A stretch of 33,595 bases of DNA from a virus (IMGVR_UViG_3300003971_000012:1-33595); one strand, 5' to 3'. Numbered from the stretch's first letter, positions 7,229 through 15,693 are shown. Numbers and translations: made by a program. Notes: generated by a model not told the origin, from the sequence alone.

Positions 7229-7792
7229 ATGATGGCGAAGGCAGGACGCAAGCGGAAACCTGGAGCGCGCACAAAGAGCGGTCGCCTGTCCCGTGCCGGG
7301 GTAACGCCATACGACCACGGCACCGAACGGGCGCAGGCGATGAAGGCGCTGTATGGCGACAACTGGGCAGATGCGATCGGACGCGCTTTCGCGTCGGGCC
7401 TGCTTGGCGAGCCTGACGAAGCAAAGCCGTTGCTTGACTACGCCCGCGCTCTCCATGTGGCATATTGGGCGGCATACACCACCACCCCCGTAGGCAGCGC
7501 GCTCCGCAATGCAGGGGCAAGCCGCACGACCGGCGATAACGTCATCGCCTTTGACTGCGAGCGGGCCAAGCGTCGGGAACAGTGGCTTAACGCTGAGCTG
7601 AAATTCGTCCAAGGCATGGGCGTGCGTCGCCAGTTCGATCAGCTCGTCATCGACATTAACCCGGATCATGGCCCTGTATGGTTGGACAAGCTGATCTGGG
7701 ATAAGCGCTCAGGCGACCAGACGGCGAGCGCGTCGGATCATGCCGCGTTCCGTGCTGCGATGGATGCGCTGGAAACATTGGCGTGTGCTTGA
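7229..7792 (+). CDS. Putative late-gene regulator (Q position)
   Basis: Basic N-terminus GRKRKPGARTKSGRLSR. It is the last early gene before a promoter-terminator pair, so the function is inferred from position. Confidence 0.5.
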   Translation: MMAKAGRKRKPGARTKSGRLSRAGVTPYDHGTERAQAMKALYGDNWADAIGRAFASGLLGEPDEAKPLLDYARALHVAYWAAYTTTPVGSALRNAGASRTTGDNVIAFDCERAKRREQWLNAELKFVQGMGVRRQFDQLVIDINPDHGPVWLDKLIWDKRSGDQTASASDHAAFRAAMDALETLACA

Positions 7793-7827
7793 CGGGCGGC
7801 GCAAACTGTGATATCGGGGATTAAATT
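7789..7827 (+). promoter_or_regulatory. Candidate late promoter (pR'-like)
   Basis: TTGACG-N17-TATCGG with a TGn extension, followed by a -10-like TAAATT at 7822-7827. Confidence 0.5.
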
Positions 7828-7840
7828 TAGGATGGTATAC

Positions 7841-7878
7841 GAGCGCCCGATCTATATGCTTGCGGCGCTCTTTTCGTT
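7841..7878 (+). terminator. Intrinsic terminator (tR'-like)
   Basis: GAGCGCC / GGCGCTC stem followed by TTTTCGTT. Confidence 0.65.
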
Positions 7879-8062
7879 AGCGGCAGCAAGGCCGCAGGGG
7901 ACACCGGCGCGATAGTCCAGCGTCACGGGGATGAACCTGCGGAGTGCGGAGGTTGATTCTCTGCCGTTATCCTATCTGGCGACCGGAAGTATCGCCAGCC
8001 CGCCGCTTCCCTCTGCAATCGACGCACGGATAGACGAGCGATTCGCATAGTAGAGCGGCGGG
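7878..8062 (+). ncRNA. Candidate structured RNA in the late leader
   Basis: Stems at 7878-86/7961-69, 7892-98/7936-42, 7976-82/7992-98 and 7999-8007/8054-62. No credible ORF covers the region. Confidence 0.4.
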
Positions 8063-8081
8063 AATCATTCGAGGGGTTGGC

Positions 8082-8315
8082 ATGGACAACGTGGTAACGC
8101 TCCACTTCCGCCCCTGCATTGCCGACGACCTGCGCTCCATTGCCGACGCCATTGATGATGGCAGGCTGTCCGACGTTTCTAACGCTGTCCTGGTTGCTGA
8201 GCACAAGGACGGCGACGCATCCATTACCGGGCTAGGCGGTGTCGAGACTGTCCGCATGATTGGACTGCTGCAGATCGCTACTGCCATGGCGGTGAGCGAG
8301 GCGCTGGATGCATAA
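8082..8315 (+). CDS. Hypothetical protein
   Basis: GAGG RBS, and the stop overlaps the HNH start. Confidence 0.65.
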   Translation: MDNVVTLHFRPCIADDLRSIADAIDDGRLSDVSNAVLVAEHKDGDASITGLGGVETVRMIGLLQIATAMAVSEALDA

Positions 8316-8646
8316 GCCAACGCCACGGCTAAGAGGGCGCACCGAGGTACAGACCAAGCCGCCTGCATACAAGGCATGGTATAAGACGAAGCGATGGCAG
8401 CAACTGCGATGGTCGATCCTAGTGCGCGATCGGTTCACGTGCGCAATGTGCGGGAAGCTAGAGGGTAGAACGACACAACTCGTCGCTGACCATGACAAGC
8501 CGCACAAGGGCGACGAAGCGCTATTCTGGGATGATCGCAACCTGCGCTGCGTCTGCAAGCCCTGCCATGACAGCGACAAGCAACGGATAGAGCGAGGCGG
8601 AAAGGCTAAGCCGACCATCGGCGAGGACGGCTGGCCCATCGTATAG
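8308..8646 (+). CDS. Packaging-associated HNH endonuclease (HK97 gp74-like)
   Basis: RDRFTCAMCG...DHDKPH...NLRCVCKPCHD, directly upstream of the terminase genes. Confidence 0.9.
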   Translation: MHKPTPRLRGRTEVQTKPPAYKAWYKTKRWQQLRWSILVRDRFTCAMCGKLEGRTTQLVADHDKPHKGDEALFWDDRNLRCVCKPCHDSDKQRIERGGKAKPTIGEDGWPIV

Positions 8647-8738
8647 GGCGGGGGGCGGCTTCAATCTCTAGGGCGCTCAACCTCTAGACCGGACACTACC
8701 TGAAATTCTCACATCCACAATTCGAGGTTCGACTAACT
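8630..8738. other. Candidate cos / packaging region
   Basis: Gap between HNH and terS with a G-run and a repeated CTCTAG. The call rests on position only. Confidence 0.35.
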
Positions 8739-9116
8739 ATGGCAGCACCGCGCACGCCGGTAGCGAAGGCGCGCGTGACGGGCGCGGCGGAAAAAAACCC
8801 GCAGCGTCATCGTGACCGTAAGGAGCCTAAGACCAAGCCGCTGGGCAAGCCGTCGAAGTTTCTGGACCCGTTCGGGGTGCAGGCGTGGGAGGGTTACAAG
8901 GCAGAGCTGCCCTGGCTGATGGAAAGCGACCGTTCGCTTGTCGAGATCGCTTCGAGTGTTCGCGGTCGGCTGCTGGCTGGTGAGGACGTGGGCGTCACGG
9001 CGCTGAGCATGTTGCAGTCGATCCTGAGCAAGATGGGCGGTTCGCCTGCTGACCGGAGCAAGGTGAATGCCCCGGATGACGAACCTGAGCGCGATGAGTT
9101 CTTCGGCGATAACTGA
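8739..9116 (+). CDS. terS: Terminase small subunit
   Basis: Size, position and the LSKMGGSPADRSKV motif. Confidence 0.8.
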   Translation: MAAPRTPVAKARVTGAAEKNPQRHRDRKEPKTKPLGKPSKFLDPFGVQAWEGYKAELPWLMESDRSLVEIASSVRGRLLAGEDVGVTALSMLQSILSKMGGSPADRSKVNAPDDEPERDEFFGDN

Positions 9117-12009
9117 CCGGGGAACGCAATACGCGCTGGACGTTATTGCGGGGAAGTTTGTTGCCGGGCCGCATGTCCGCAATGCGTGCCGTCGGCATCT
9201 GGACGATCTGAAGCGCGGGCATGAGCGTGGGCTGACCTACTCTGTCGATAAGGCTGAACGGGTCATCCGGTTCTTTGAAACGAAGCTGCGGCTGAACGGT
9301 GGGCAGTTCGAGGGAAGGCCGTTCCTGTTGCATCCAAGTCAGGCGTTCAAGCTGTCGTGCTTGTTCGGCTGGCTGCGAGCGGATGGGACTAGACGTTTCA
9401 GACGAGCTTATGTAGAAGAGGGAAAAGGAAACGGTAAGGCCCTGTCTCTCGATACGATCATCCCGACGCCGCAAGGCTGGAAGCAGATGCGTGATTTGCG
9501 TGTCGGTGATCAGGTGTTCGATGAGCACGGGAATCCCTGCAACGTAACTGGCGCGACCGAGGTCATGGAAAACCATGACTGCTATCTGGTCCGCTTTTCT
9601 GACGGGGCCGAAGTTGTCGCCGATGCTGACCACTTGTGGGTAACTTCGGCACTTCGCACTGGAGGTGTGAGGGGGCCAAAGTCTGCGGACGCTCCCCGCA
9701 AAGGGATGCCGTCGATCCGAACGACGGCGGAAATCGCGCGGACGTTGACGATCGCGGTTAGTGGCTCGGTCCATCCGCAGGCCAAATGGAATCATCGCGT
9801 TGACATCGCCGGACCTTTGACGCTTCCGGCGGTAGAGCTTCCGATCCCGCCTTACACGTTCGGGGCATGGCTTGGTGATGGGAACAGCGCGGACTCGCGC
9901 CTGACCGTCGCTTATGACGATTGGGGCGTAGTCGAGGCGATTCAGGCCGAGGGTGTCGAGGTAGAGGAGCGCAGCAAGCACTCTGAAACCACGGCGCGCG
10001 TTATTTTGGGTTCGGGTGGCAAGACACAGGCCGCGCGGAACGTGTCGATGCAGGCGCGGTTGCGAGCGCTGGGCGTGCTCGGGAACAAGCACATTCCCGA
10101 ACTCTACCAGTGGGCGAGCGAGCCGCAGAGGATGGCCCTTCTGCAAGGGTTGATGGATACGGACGGGACGATCGCCAAAGGCGGTCAGGCCGAACTAACG
10201 TTGTGCTGCGAGCCGCTTGCGAAGGACGCGGTGCGCTTGATCCGGTCGCTCGGGTTCAAGCCGACCATCAAGGCGTCACCATCGAAGCTCAATGGCCGAG
10301 AGGTCGGCACTCGTTACCGTATTCAGTTCTGGGCCTATTCTGACAGGCCGATTTTCAAGCTGACGCGGAAGGCAGAAAGGCAGAAAGAAAAGCCACGGAC
10401 CCGCGCGCTGTCGCAGGGTAGGATGATCGTGGGCTGCGACAAGGTGGCGTCGGTTCCAGTGCGCTGTATCAGCGTGGACAGCCCGTCGCGCATGTTCCTT
10501 GCTGGCGAGCATCTTGTTCCGACGCACAATTCCCCTTTCGCCGGGGGTGTAGGCCTCTACGGCATGATGGCAGACGATGAGCCGGGCGCGGAGATTTACG
10601 CGGTCGCGGCGCATCGCGATCAGGCGAAGATCCTTTTCAACGACGCTGTGACGATGGTTGACCAGTCCCCGGACTTGGCAAGCCGCATCACGCAAAGCGG
10701 CGGGCCGGGCCGGGTCTATAACATGGCGTGGCTGGCGAAGGGGTCTTATTTCCGCCCGCTAAGCCGGAGCGCGGGGAAGTCAGGTTCGGGCCTGCGTCCG
10801 CACATGGGCTTGGCAGACGAGTTGCACGAACACCCGAACCGCGACGCGGTGGAGATGATCGAGCGAGGCTTCAAGTTCCGCCGCCAGCCGTTGCTCTTGA
10901 TGATCACGAACAGCGGGTCTGACCGCAACTCGGTCTGCTATGAGGAACACGAACACGCGGTAAAGGTCGCGGCGGGGACGTTAGCTCCGGGTGAGGACTT
11001 CGCCTATGTGGGCGAGCCGATTGATGACAGCACCTTTTCCTTTGTGTGCAGTCTAGACCCCGGTGACGACCCGCTTAACGACCCCAGTTGCTGGCCAAAA
11101 GCCAACCCGCTGCTTGGCACGATCCTGACGGGGGAATATCTAGCGGGGGTGGTGGCGCAGGCCAAGGCGCTACCGGGCAAGCTGAACGGCATTCTACGAC
11201 TGCACTTTTGCCAATGGACGGACGCTGAAACGGCGTGGATGAGCCGGGCGGTGTTGGAGCCGTGTTTGGCGGACTTTGACCCGGCGGACCATCATGGCGA
11301 GCGTATTGCTTTGGGGCTGGACCTTTCGCAGTCGCGCGACATCACGGCCAAGGCGTGCGTGGTTGAGACTGGCAGCGTTGAGGTCGAGGTCGAGGTTGAC
11401 GGCGAACGGAAGGTTGTTCGCAAGCCGACATACGACGCATGGGTCGAGTGCTGGACACCGGGCGACACGATTGACGAGCGGTCAACGCGCGACAAGACGC
11501 CGTATGATGTTTGGGCCAAGCAGGGGCATATTCAGGCACCGCCGGGCCAAAGCATCCGGTTTGACCATGTGGCCGGATCGATCGCGGACGATGACCGTAA
11601 TTTCGAGATCATGGCGGTCGGATATGACCGCTATGCGTTCCGACGGTTTGAGGAAGAGTGCAACAACCTGGGCCTGAGCGTCCAGTTTGTCGAGCATCCG
11701 CAGGGCGGGACAAAGAAGGGCAAGCCGCTGGACGGCATGTCCGAAGGGCTATGGATGCCGGGGTCTGTCCGGTTGTTAGAAGAGGCAATGCTTGAAGGTC
11801 GCATCCGGTTGAGGCGCAACCCGGTGCTGATTTCGGCGATGATGAGCGCGGTCACGGATGAGGACCGCTGGGGCAATCACTGGCTGGCGAAGGAGCACGC
11901 GTCGAACAAGATCGACGCGGCGGTCGCGCTGTGCATGGCTATGGGAGTTGCAGTAGCTATGCCGAACGGTAACGGAATTGACGACTGGCTTGCGAGCCTC
12001 GCCGCGTGA
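9094..12009 (+). CDS. terL: Terminase large subunit with intein
   Basis: Walker A GKGNGK|S is split by the intein. Walker B ADELHEH and nuclease motifs GLDLS and KIDAAVA are present. The start is 9094 or 9067. Confidence 0.95.
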   Translation: MSSSAITDRGTQYALDVIAGKFVAGPHVRNACRRHLDDLKRGHERGLTYSVDKAERVIRFFETKLRLNGGQFEGRPFLLHPSQAFKLSCLFGWLRADGTRRFRRAYVEEGKGNGKALSLDTIIPTPQGWKQMRDLRVGDQVFDEHGNPCNVTGATEVMENHDCYLVRFSDGAEVVADADHLWVTSALRTGGVRGPKSADAPRKGMPSIRTTAEIARTLTIAVSGSVHPQAKWNHRVDIAGPLTLPAVELPIPPYTFGAWLGDGNSADSRLTVAYDDWGVVEAIQAEGVEVEERSKHSETTARVILGSGGKTQAARNVSMQARLRALGVLGNKHIPELYQWASEPQRMALLQGLMDTDGTIAKGGQAELTLCCEPLAKDAVRLIRSLGFKPTIKASPSKLNGREVGTRYRIQFWAYSDRPIFKLTRKAERQKEKPRTRALSQGRMIVGCDKVASVPVRCISVDSPSRMFLAGEHLVPTHNSPFAGGVGLYGMMADDEPGAEIYAVAAHRDQAKILFNDAVTMVDQSPDLASRITQSGGPGRVYNMAWLAKGSYFRPLSRSAGKSGSGLRPHMGLADELHEHPNRDAVEMIERGFKFRRQPLLLMITNSGSDRNSVCYEEHEHAVKVAAGTLAPGEDFAYVGEPIDDSTFSFVCSLDPGDDPLNDPSCWPKANPLLGTILTGEYLAGVVAQAKALPGKLNGILRLHFCQWTDAETAWMSRAVLEPCLADFDPADHHGERIALGLDLSQSRDITAKACVVETGSVEVEVEVDGERKVVRKPTYDAWVECWTPGDTIDERSTRDKTPYDVWAKQGHIQAPPGQSIRFDHVAGSIADDDRNFEIMAVGYDRYAFRRFEEECNNLGLSVQFVEHPQGGTKKGKPLDGMSEGLWMPGSVRLLEEAMLEGRIRLRRNPVLISAMMSAVTDEDRWGNHWLAKEHASNKIDAAVALCMAMGVAVAMPNGNGIDDWLASLAA
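9439..10530 (+). mobile_element. Class 3 intein with LAGLIDADG homing endonuclease (364 aa)
   Basis: It starts ALSLDT and ends PTHN|S, with block B DADHLW and block F VRCISVD. LAGLIDADG motifs are FGAWLGDG and LQGLMDTDG. Confidence 0.9.
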
Positions 12010-13244
12010 ACGTCCTTCAGAAAGCCGCCGTATGGGCGCTCGGTCTCGATAGTTGGGTAGCGCGGAACGACGGCGACAACTTCCGCACGAATCAAGTGAC
12101 GGTCGCGCAGTTCAACGATGCCGGGATCATCGCCAACGTGCTGGGCATTTCGGCGGTCTGGGCGTGTGTCAATTTGCTGGCGGGAACGATCGCAAGCCTC
12201 CCGTTGATGGTCTATCAGACGCGGGCCGGGGTTCGGGAAGTGGCGCGGGATCATGCGCTTTACCGGCTGCTGCACGACTCGCCGAACTTCGACCAGACGG
12301 CGGTAGATTTCTGGGAGTTCATGCAAGCCGCGCTGGAATTGCAGGGCAACGCCTACGCGGAGATTTCGAAGACTAACACCGGGCGCATCGTATCGCTGAC
12401 GCCTATCCGGCCTGACCTTGTGTCGGTGCGTCGTCTTCGCGACGGGGATCTGGAATACACCTGGACGACTGATGGCGTCCGCACGATCGCCGGTTCCGCG
12501 AACGTGCTGCACATCCGGGGTTTCGGTGGCGGTCCGCTTGGCGGGGCTTCCACGCTTTCGACTTGCCGCACTACGTTCGGTTCGGCGCGCGCGGTCGATG
12601 CAGCATCGTCGGCGATGTTCCGCAACGGGGTCCGCCCGTCTGGCACGCTCTCGATGGATAAGCCGCTCACCAAGGAACAGCGCAAGGCAGCTGAGGAGTT
12701 GCTTCAGGAAAAGTTCGTTGGCGCGATGAACGACGGTCGCCCGATGCTACTCGACAACGGGATGAAGTGGGATCAGCTCACGATCAATCCGGAAGACGCG
12801 CAGATGCTGGAGACGCGCCGGTTCAGCGTCGAAGAGATTGCCCGCGTGTTCGGCGTCCCGCCGCACATGATCGGGCATACCGAGAACAGCACATCATGGG
12901 GAACGGGCCTCGAACAGCAGACGCTCGGGTTCGTCAAGTTCACCTTGCGCCGCCGCTTGGAGCGCATCGAGCAGGCGCTTGAGAAGCAACTGCTGACACC
13001 GCAGGATCGTGCGAACGGCGTCACGATCGAGTTCAACCTTGAGGGCCTGCTGCGTGGCGACAGCGCCAACCGCGCGACCTTCTACAAGGAAATGACCAGC
13101 ATCGGCGTGATGACGATCAATGAAGTTCGCGCGCTTGAGAACCTCCCGCCGGTTGAGGGCGGCGATGTGCCACGGATGCAGTCTCAAAATGTCCCGATTT
13201 CCGGGGCGGGAAGTGTTCCACAACCGGAGGGAAGTCAGCTATAA
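12006..13244 (+). CDS. Portal protein, HK97 family
   Basis: SAVWACVNLLAGTIASLP, LQGNAY, VLHIR, EEIARVFGVPP and TINEVRALENLPP. Confidence 0.95.
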   Translation: MNVLQKAAVWALGLDSWVARNDGDNFRTNQVTVAQFNDAGIIANVLGISAVWACVNLLAGTIASLPLMVYQTRAGVREVARDHALYRLLHDSPNFDQTAVDFWEFMQAALELQGNAYAEISKTNTGRIVSLTPIRPDLVSVRRLRDGDLEYTWTTDGVRTIAGSANVLHIRGFGGGPLGGASTLSTCRTTFGSARAVDAASSAMFRNGVRPSGTLSMDKPLTKEQRKAAEELLQEKFVGAMNDGRPMLLDNGMKWDQLTINPEDAQMLETRRFSVEEIARVFGVPPHMIGHTENSTSWGTGLEQQTLGFVKFTLRRRLERIEQALEKQLLTPQDRANGVTIEFNLEGLLRGDSANRATFYKEMTSIGVMTINEVRALENLPPVEGGDVPRMQSQNVPISGAGSVPQPEGSQL

Positions 13245-13282
13245 AAAGCGGGCCGGAACAGCGGTTGCACCGCTGCCCGTCC

Positions 13283-13354
13283 CTGACCAACCTTCGCCCA
13301 ATGTGGGCGACGGACAACATCAGCAAGGGTGCGAAACGAGCGCACCTGATTTGA
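13283..13354 (+). pseudogene. C-terminal remnant of an HNH-type endonuclease
   Basis: It reads LTNLRPMWATDNISKGAKRAHLI*, the NLxPxWxxDNxxK end of HNH domains, with no upstream gene body. Confidence 0.65.
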
Positions 13355-13384
13355 TGCGGAGCGTCTCGTTAGGAGAACCAAACA

Positions 13385-13666
13385 ATGACTGAGGTAGAGA
13401 CTTTCTTCCAGACACTTCTTCTATCTCTGAAGGCGTCTGATTCTAACGCCAATGCTGCTGACATCAAGTTCGCATCAGAGATGGTTGAGCATCATCGGAT
13501 GGCAGTCAAAATGTCAAAGGCAATCCTCAGCAAGGGCAAGGACGAATGGATAGCCAAGTTGGCTAGGGGAATCATCTCGGCGCAGGAAAGAGAGATCGAC
13601 GAGATGAAGTATTGGCTGAAGAGCAACAAGCCGTCTGCCGGCAGCGGCGGCGGGATGAATATGTGA
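13385..13666 (+). CDS. DUF305-like (ferritin-like, CopM-related) protein
   Basis: ADIKFASEMVEHHRMAVKMS...LARGIISAQEREIDEMKYWL, with an AGGAG RBS. Confidence 0.85.
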   Translation: MTEVETFFQTLLLSLKASDSNANAADIKFASEMVEHHRMAVKMSKAILSKGKDEWIAKLARGIISAQEREIDEMKYWLKSNKPSAGSGGGMNM

Positions 13667-13667
13667 A

Positions 13668-13739
13668 ATGCGGATGCAATCGCAGAACGTGCCGATCACT
13701 GAGGCCGGGCAAGAGCCGGCACCGGGAGCAACGCAATGA
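13668..13739 (+). pseudogene. Displaced original portal C-terminus (23-aa mini-ORF)
   Basis: MRMQSQNVPITEAGQEPAPGATQ*. Its TGA overlaps the protease ATG. Confidence 0.75.
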
Positions 13740-14383
13740 ACGAAATGGATTTTCCGCTTGATGTGAAGGCGCTCGACGGCGACGGCGCCATCGAGGGATT
13801 GGCGGCTGGATACGGCAACGTCGATTATGGCGGGGACGTAATGCTTCCTGGGTCGGTCACGAAGTCGATTCAGGGGCGCAAGTCGATCCCGATGCTGATG
13901 TTCCATGACCAAAAGCGCCCGGTCGGCGCGTGGACCGAGTTTCAGGAAACCGGCGAAGGTCTATTGGTCAAAGGCCGGTTCGCCATGTCCACGATGGCGG
14001 GTAAGGAAGCGCACGCCATGACGAAGGACGGCGCGCTCGGCGGGCTTTCGGTCGGATACAACACCTTGCGCGACCGCGTGGTCGGCAAGGCCCGGCATCT
14101 GATTGAGGTCGCGCTGCACGAGGTTTCATTGGTGACGATCCCGATGAACTCGAAAGCCATCATCACCAGCGTGAAGGACATTATGGACGGCGGCGAGTTG
14201 CCGACCGTCCGCGAATTCGAGGGGCTTCTGCGGGACGCAGGATTCTCGATCGCCAAAGCCAAGGCAATCTCGGCGGCGGCAAACCCGCATCTTCGACGGG
14301 AAGTCGAGGATGATGTGGATCCGGTGGCGCGACTGTGGGCCGCAATGCGGACTGCGCCAATCATCGACATGACGGGCGAGTAA
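13736..14383 (+). CDS. Prohead protease, HK97 family
   Basis: PMLMFHD, GLSVGY and LHEVSLVTIPMN. Confidence 0.95.
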   Translation: MNEMDFPLDVKALDGDGAIEGLAAGYGNVDYGGDVMLPGSVTKSIQGRKSIPMLMFHDQKRPVGAWTEFQETGEGLLVKGRFAMSTMAGKEAHAMTKDGALGGLSVGYNTLRDRVVGKARHLIEVALHEVSLVTIPMNSKAIITSVKDIMDGGELPTVREFEGLLRDAGFSIAKAKAISAAANPHLRREVEDDVDPVARLWAAMRTAPIIDMTGE

Positions 14384-14409
14384 GCCCCCTCAAATCCAAG
14401 GAAAAAGAC

Positions 14410-15627
14410 ATGACGACCGAAACGAAGTCGGTGGCGGATATCGCCGCCGAGACCAAGGCTGCGTTCGACGCACGCTTCAACGAAGTGAAGGGCCTCGCCG
14501 ATGAGGCGCTGGGCAAGGTCAAGGCCGGTGAGGAACTGACCGCGACCATGAAGGGCGACGTGGACAAGGCGCTGTCGCTGCTCAACGAGACCAAGACGCG
14601 CATGGACGAACTCGAACAGAAGGCGGCTCGCCGGGGTAGCGACCGCATTGAGCGCAAGTCGTTCGGCCAGATCGCGACCGAGGGCAAGGAAGCGGAAATC
14701 GCCGAACTCGCCAGCCGTCGCGGTCGCGTCAGCATCGACGTGAAGGCGATCATCTCGGCTCTGACCACCGACGCAGACGGTTCGGCGGGCGACCTGATCG
14801 TTCCGCAGCGCCTGCCCATGGTTCAGCCGGTCACGCGTCGCATGACGATCCGCGACCTGCTGACGCCGGGCCGAACGTCCTCGAACGCCATCCAGTATCC
14901 GCGTGAAAGCGGCTTCACCAATTCGGCGGCGACTGTCACCGAAACGGCTGGTACCGCCAAGGCGCAGTCCGAGATCAAGTTCGAGATCGAGACGGGCAGC
15001 GTCACCACGATCGCGCACTGGATGCTGGCGACGAAACAGATTCTGGACGATGTTCCGATGCTTCAGAGCTACCTCGACGGTCGCCTGCGCTATGGCCTGA
15101 TGTATGCCGAAGAGAACCAGCTTCTCAACGGCGGCGGCACCGGCACCGATCTGGAGGGCATCTACACGGCGGCAACCGCTTATTCGCAGCCCATCGTTCC
15201 CTCGATGGCGGGCAACATGACCAAGATTGACGTGCTGCGTCTGGCGATGCTCCAGGCATCACTCGCCGAGCTGCCCGCAACCGGCATGGTCATGCACCCG
15301 AGCGACTGGGCGGACATCGAGCTGACCAAGACGGATGACGGCGCGTATCTGTTCGCCAATCCGCAGGGTTCGGTCGAGCCGCGTCTGTGGGGTCTGCCCG
15401 TGGTCGCCACTCAGGCGATGACGATCGACAAGTTCCTCGTCGGCGCGTTCCAGATGGGCGCGCAGATCTTCGACCGCGAGGACGCCAACGTCGAAATCTC
15501 GACGGAGGACAGCGACAACTTCCGGAAGAACCTCGTGACCATCCGCGCCGAGCAGCGCCTGGCGCTGGCGATCTATCGTCCGGAAGCGTTCACCAAGGGC
15601 GACTTCAGCGACGCGCTCGCCGCGTAA
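14410..15627 (+). CDS. Major capsid protein, HK97 family
   Basis: N-terminal coiled-coil delta domain, AEENQLLNG, RLWGLPVV and DNFRKNLVTIRAEQRLAL. AAGGA RBS before ATG 14410. Confidence 0.95.
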   Translation: MTTETKSVADIAAETKAAFDARFNEVKGLADEALGKVKAGEELTATMKGDVDKALSLLNETKTRMDELEQKAARRGSDRIERKSFGQIATEGKEAEIAELASRRGRVSIDVKAIISALTTDADGSAGDLIVPQRLPMVQPVTRRMTIRDLLTPGRTSSNAIQYPRESGFTNSAATVTETAGTAKAQSEIKFEIETGSVTTIAHWMLATKQILDDVPMLQSYLDGRLRYGLMYAEENQLLNGGGTGTDLEGIYTAATAYSQPIVPSMAGNMTKIDVLRLAMLQASLAELPATGMVMHPSDWADIELTKTDDGAYLFANPQGSVEPRLWGLPVVATQAMTIDKFLVGAFQMGAQIFDREDANVEISTEDSDNFRKNLVTIRAEQRLALAIYRPEAFTKGDFSDALAA

Positions 15628-15645
15628 CTGAAGAACTGAACACAA

Positions 15646-15675
15646 GGGCGGCGGTCTCGAGAGGGGCCGCCGTTC
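15646..15675 (+). other. GC-rich hairpin after the capsid gene
   Basis: GGGCGGCGGTCTC GAGA GGGGCCGCCGTTC. It has no strong U-tract, so it may be a stabiliser or weak terminator. Confidence 0.5.
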
Positions 15676-15693
15676 GCGTGTCTGGAGGACAAG

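Larger units (their letters stand above)
13173..13670 (+). mobile_element. 498-bp insertion cassette (moron or decayed homing cassette) in the portal 3' end
   Basis: It is bounded by two copies encoding RMQSQNVPI (13173-13199 and 13671-13697), and the interior looks AT-richer than the flanks. Confidence 0.8.

Noticed and set aside
7878-8062. tRNA genes in the late leader
   Set aside because: I found no cloverleaf with a T-loop GTTC consensus and acceptor stem by eye.
8995-10146. 383-aa antisense ORF over terL and the intein
   Set aside because: It is a shadow ORF opposite a well-supported gene.
13173-13670. Portal insertion as a self-splicing intron, IS element or ribosomal bypass
   Set aside because: I see no group I/II core, transposase or terminal inverted repeats. 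The portal is already complete with the replacement tail, so splicing or hopping is unnecessary.
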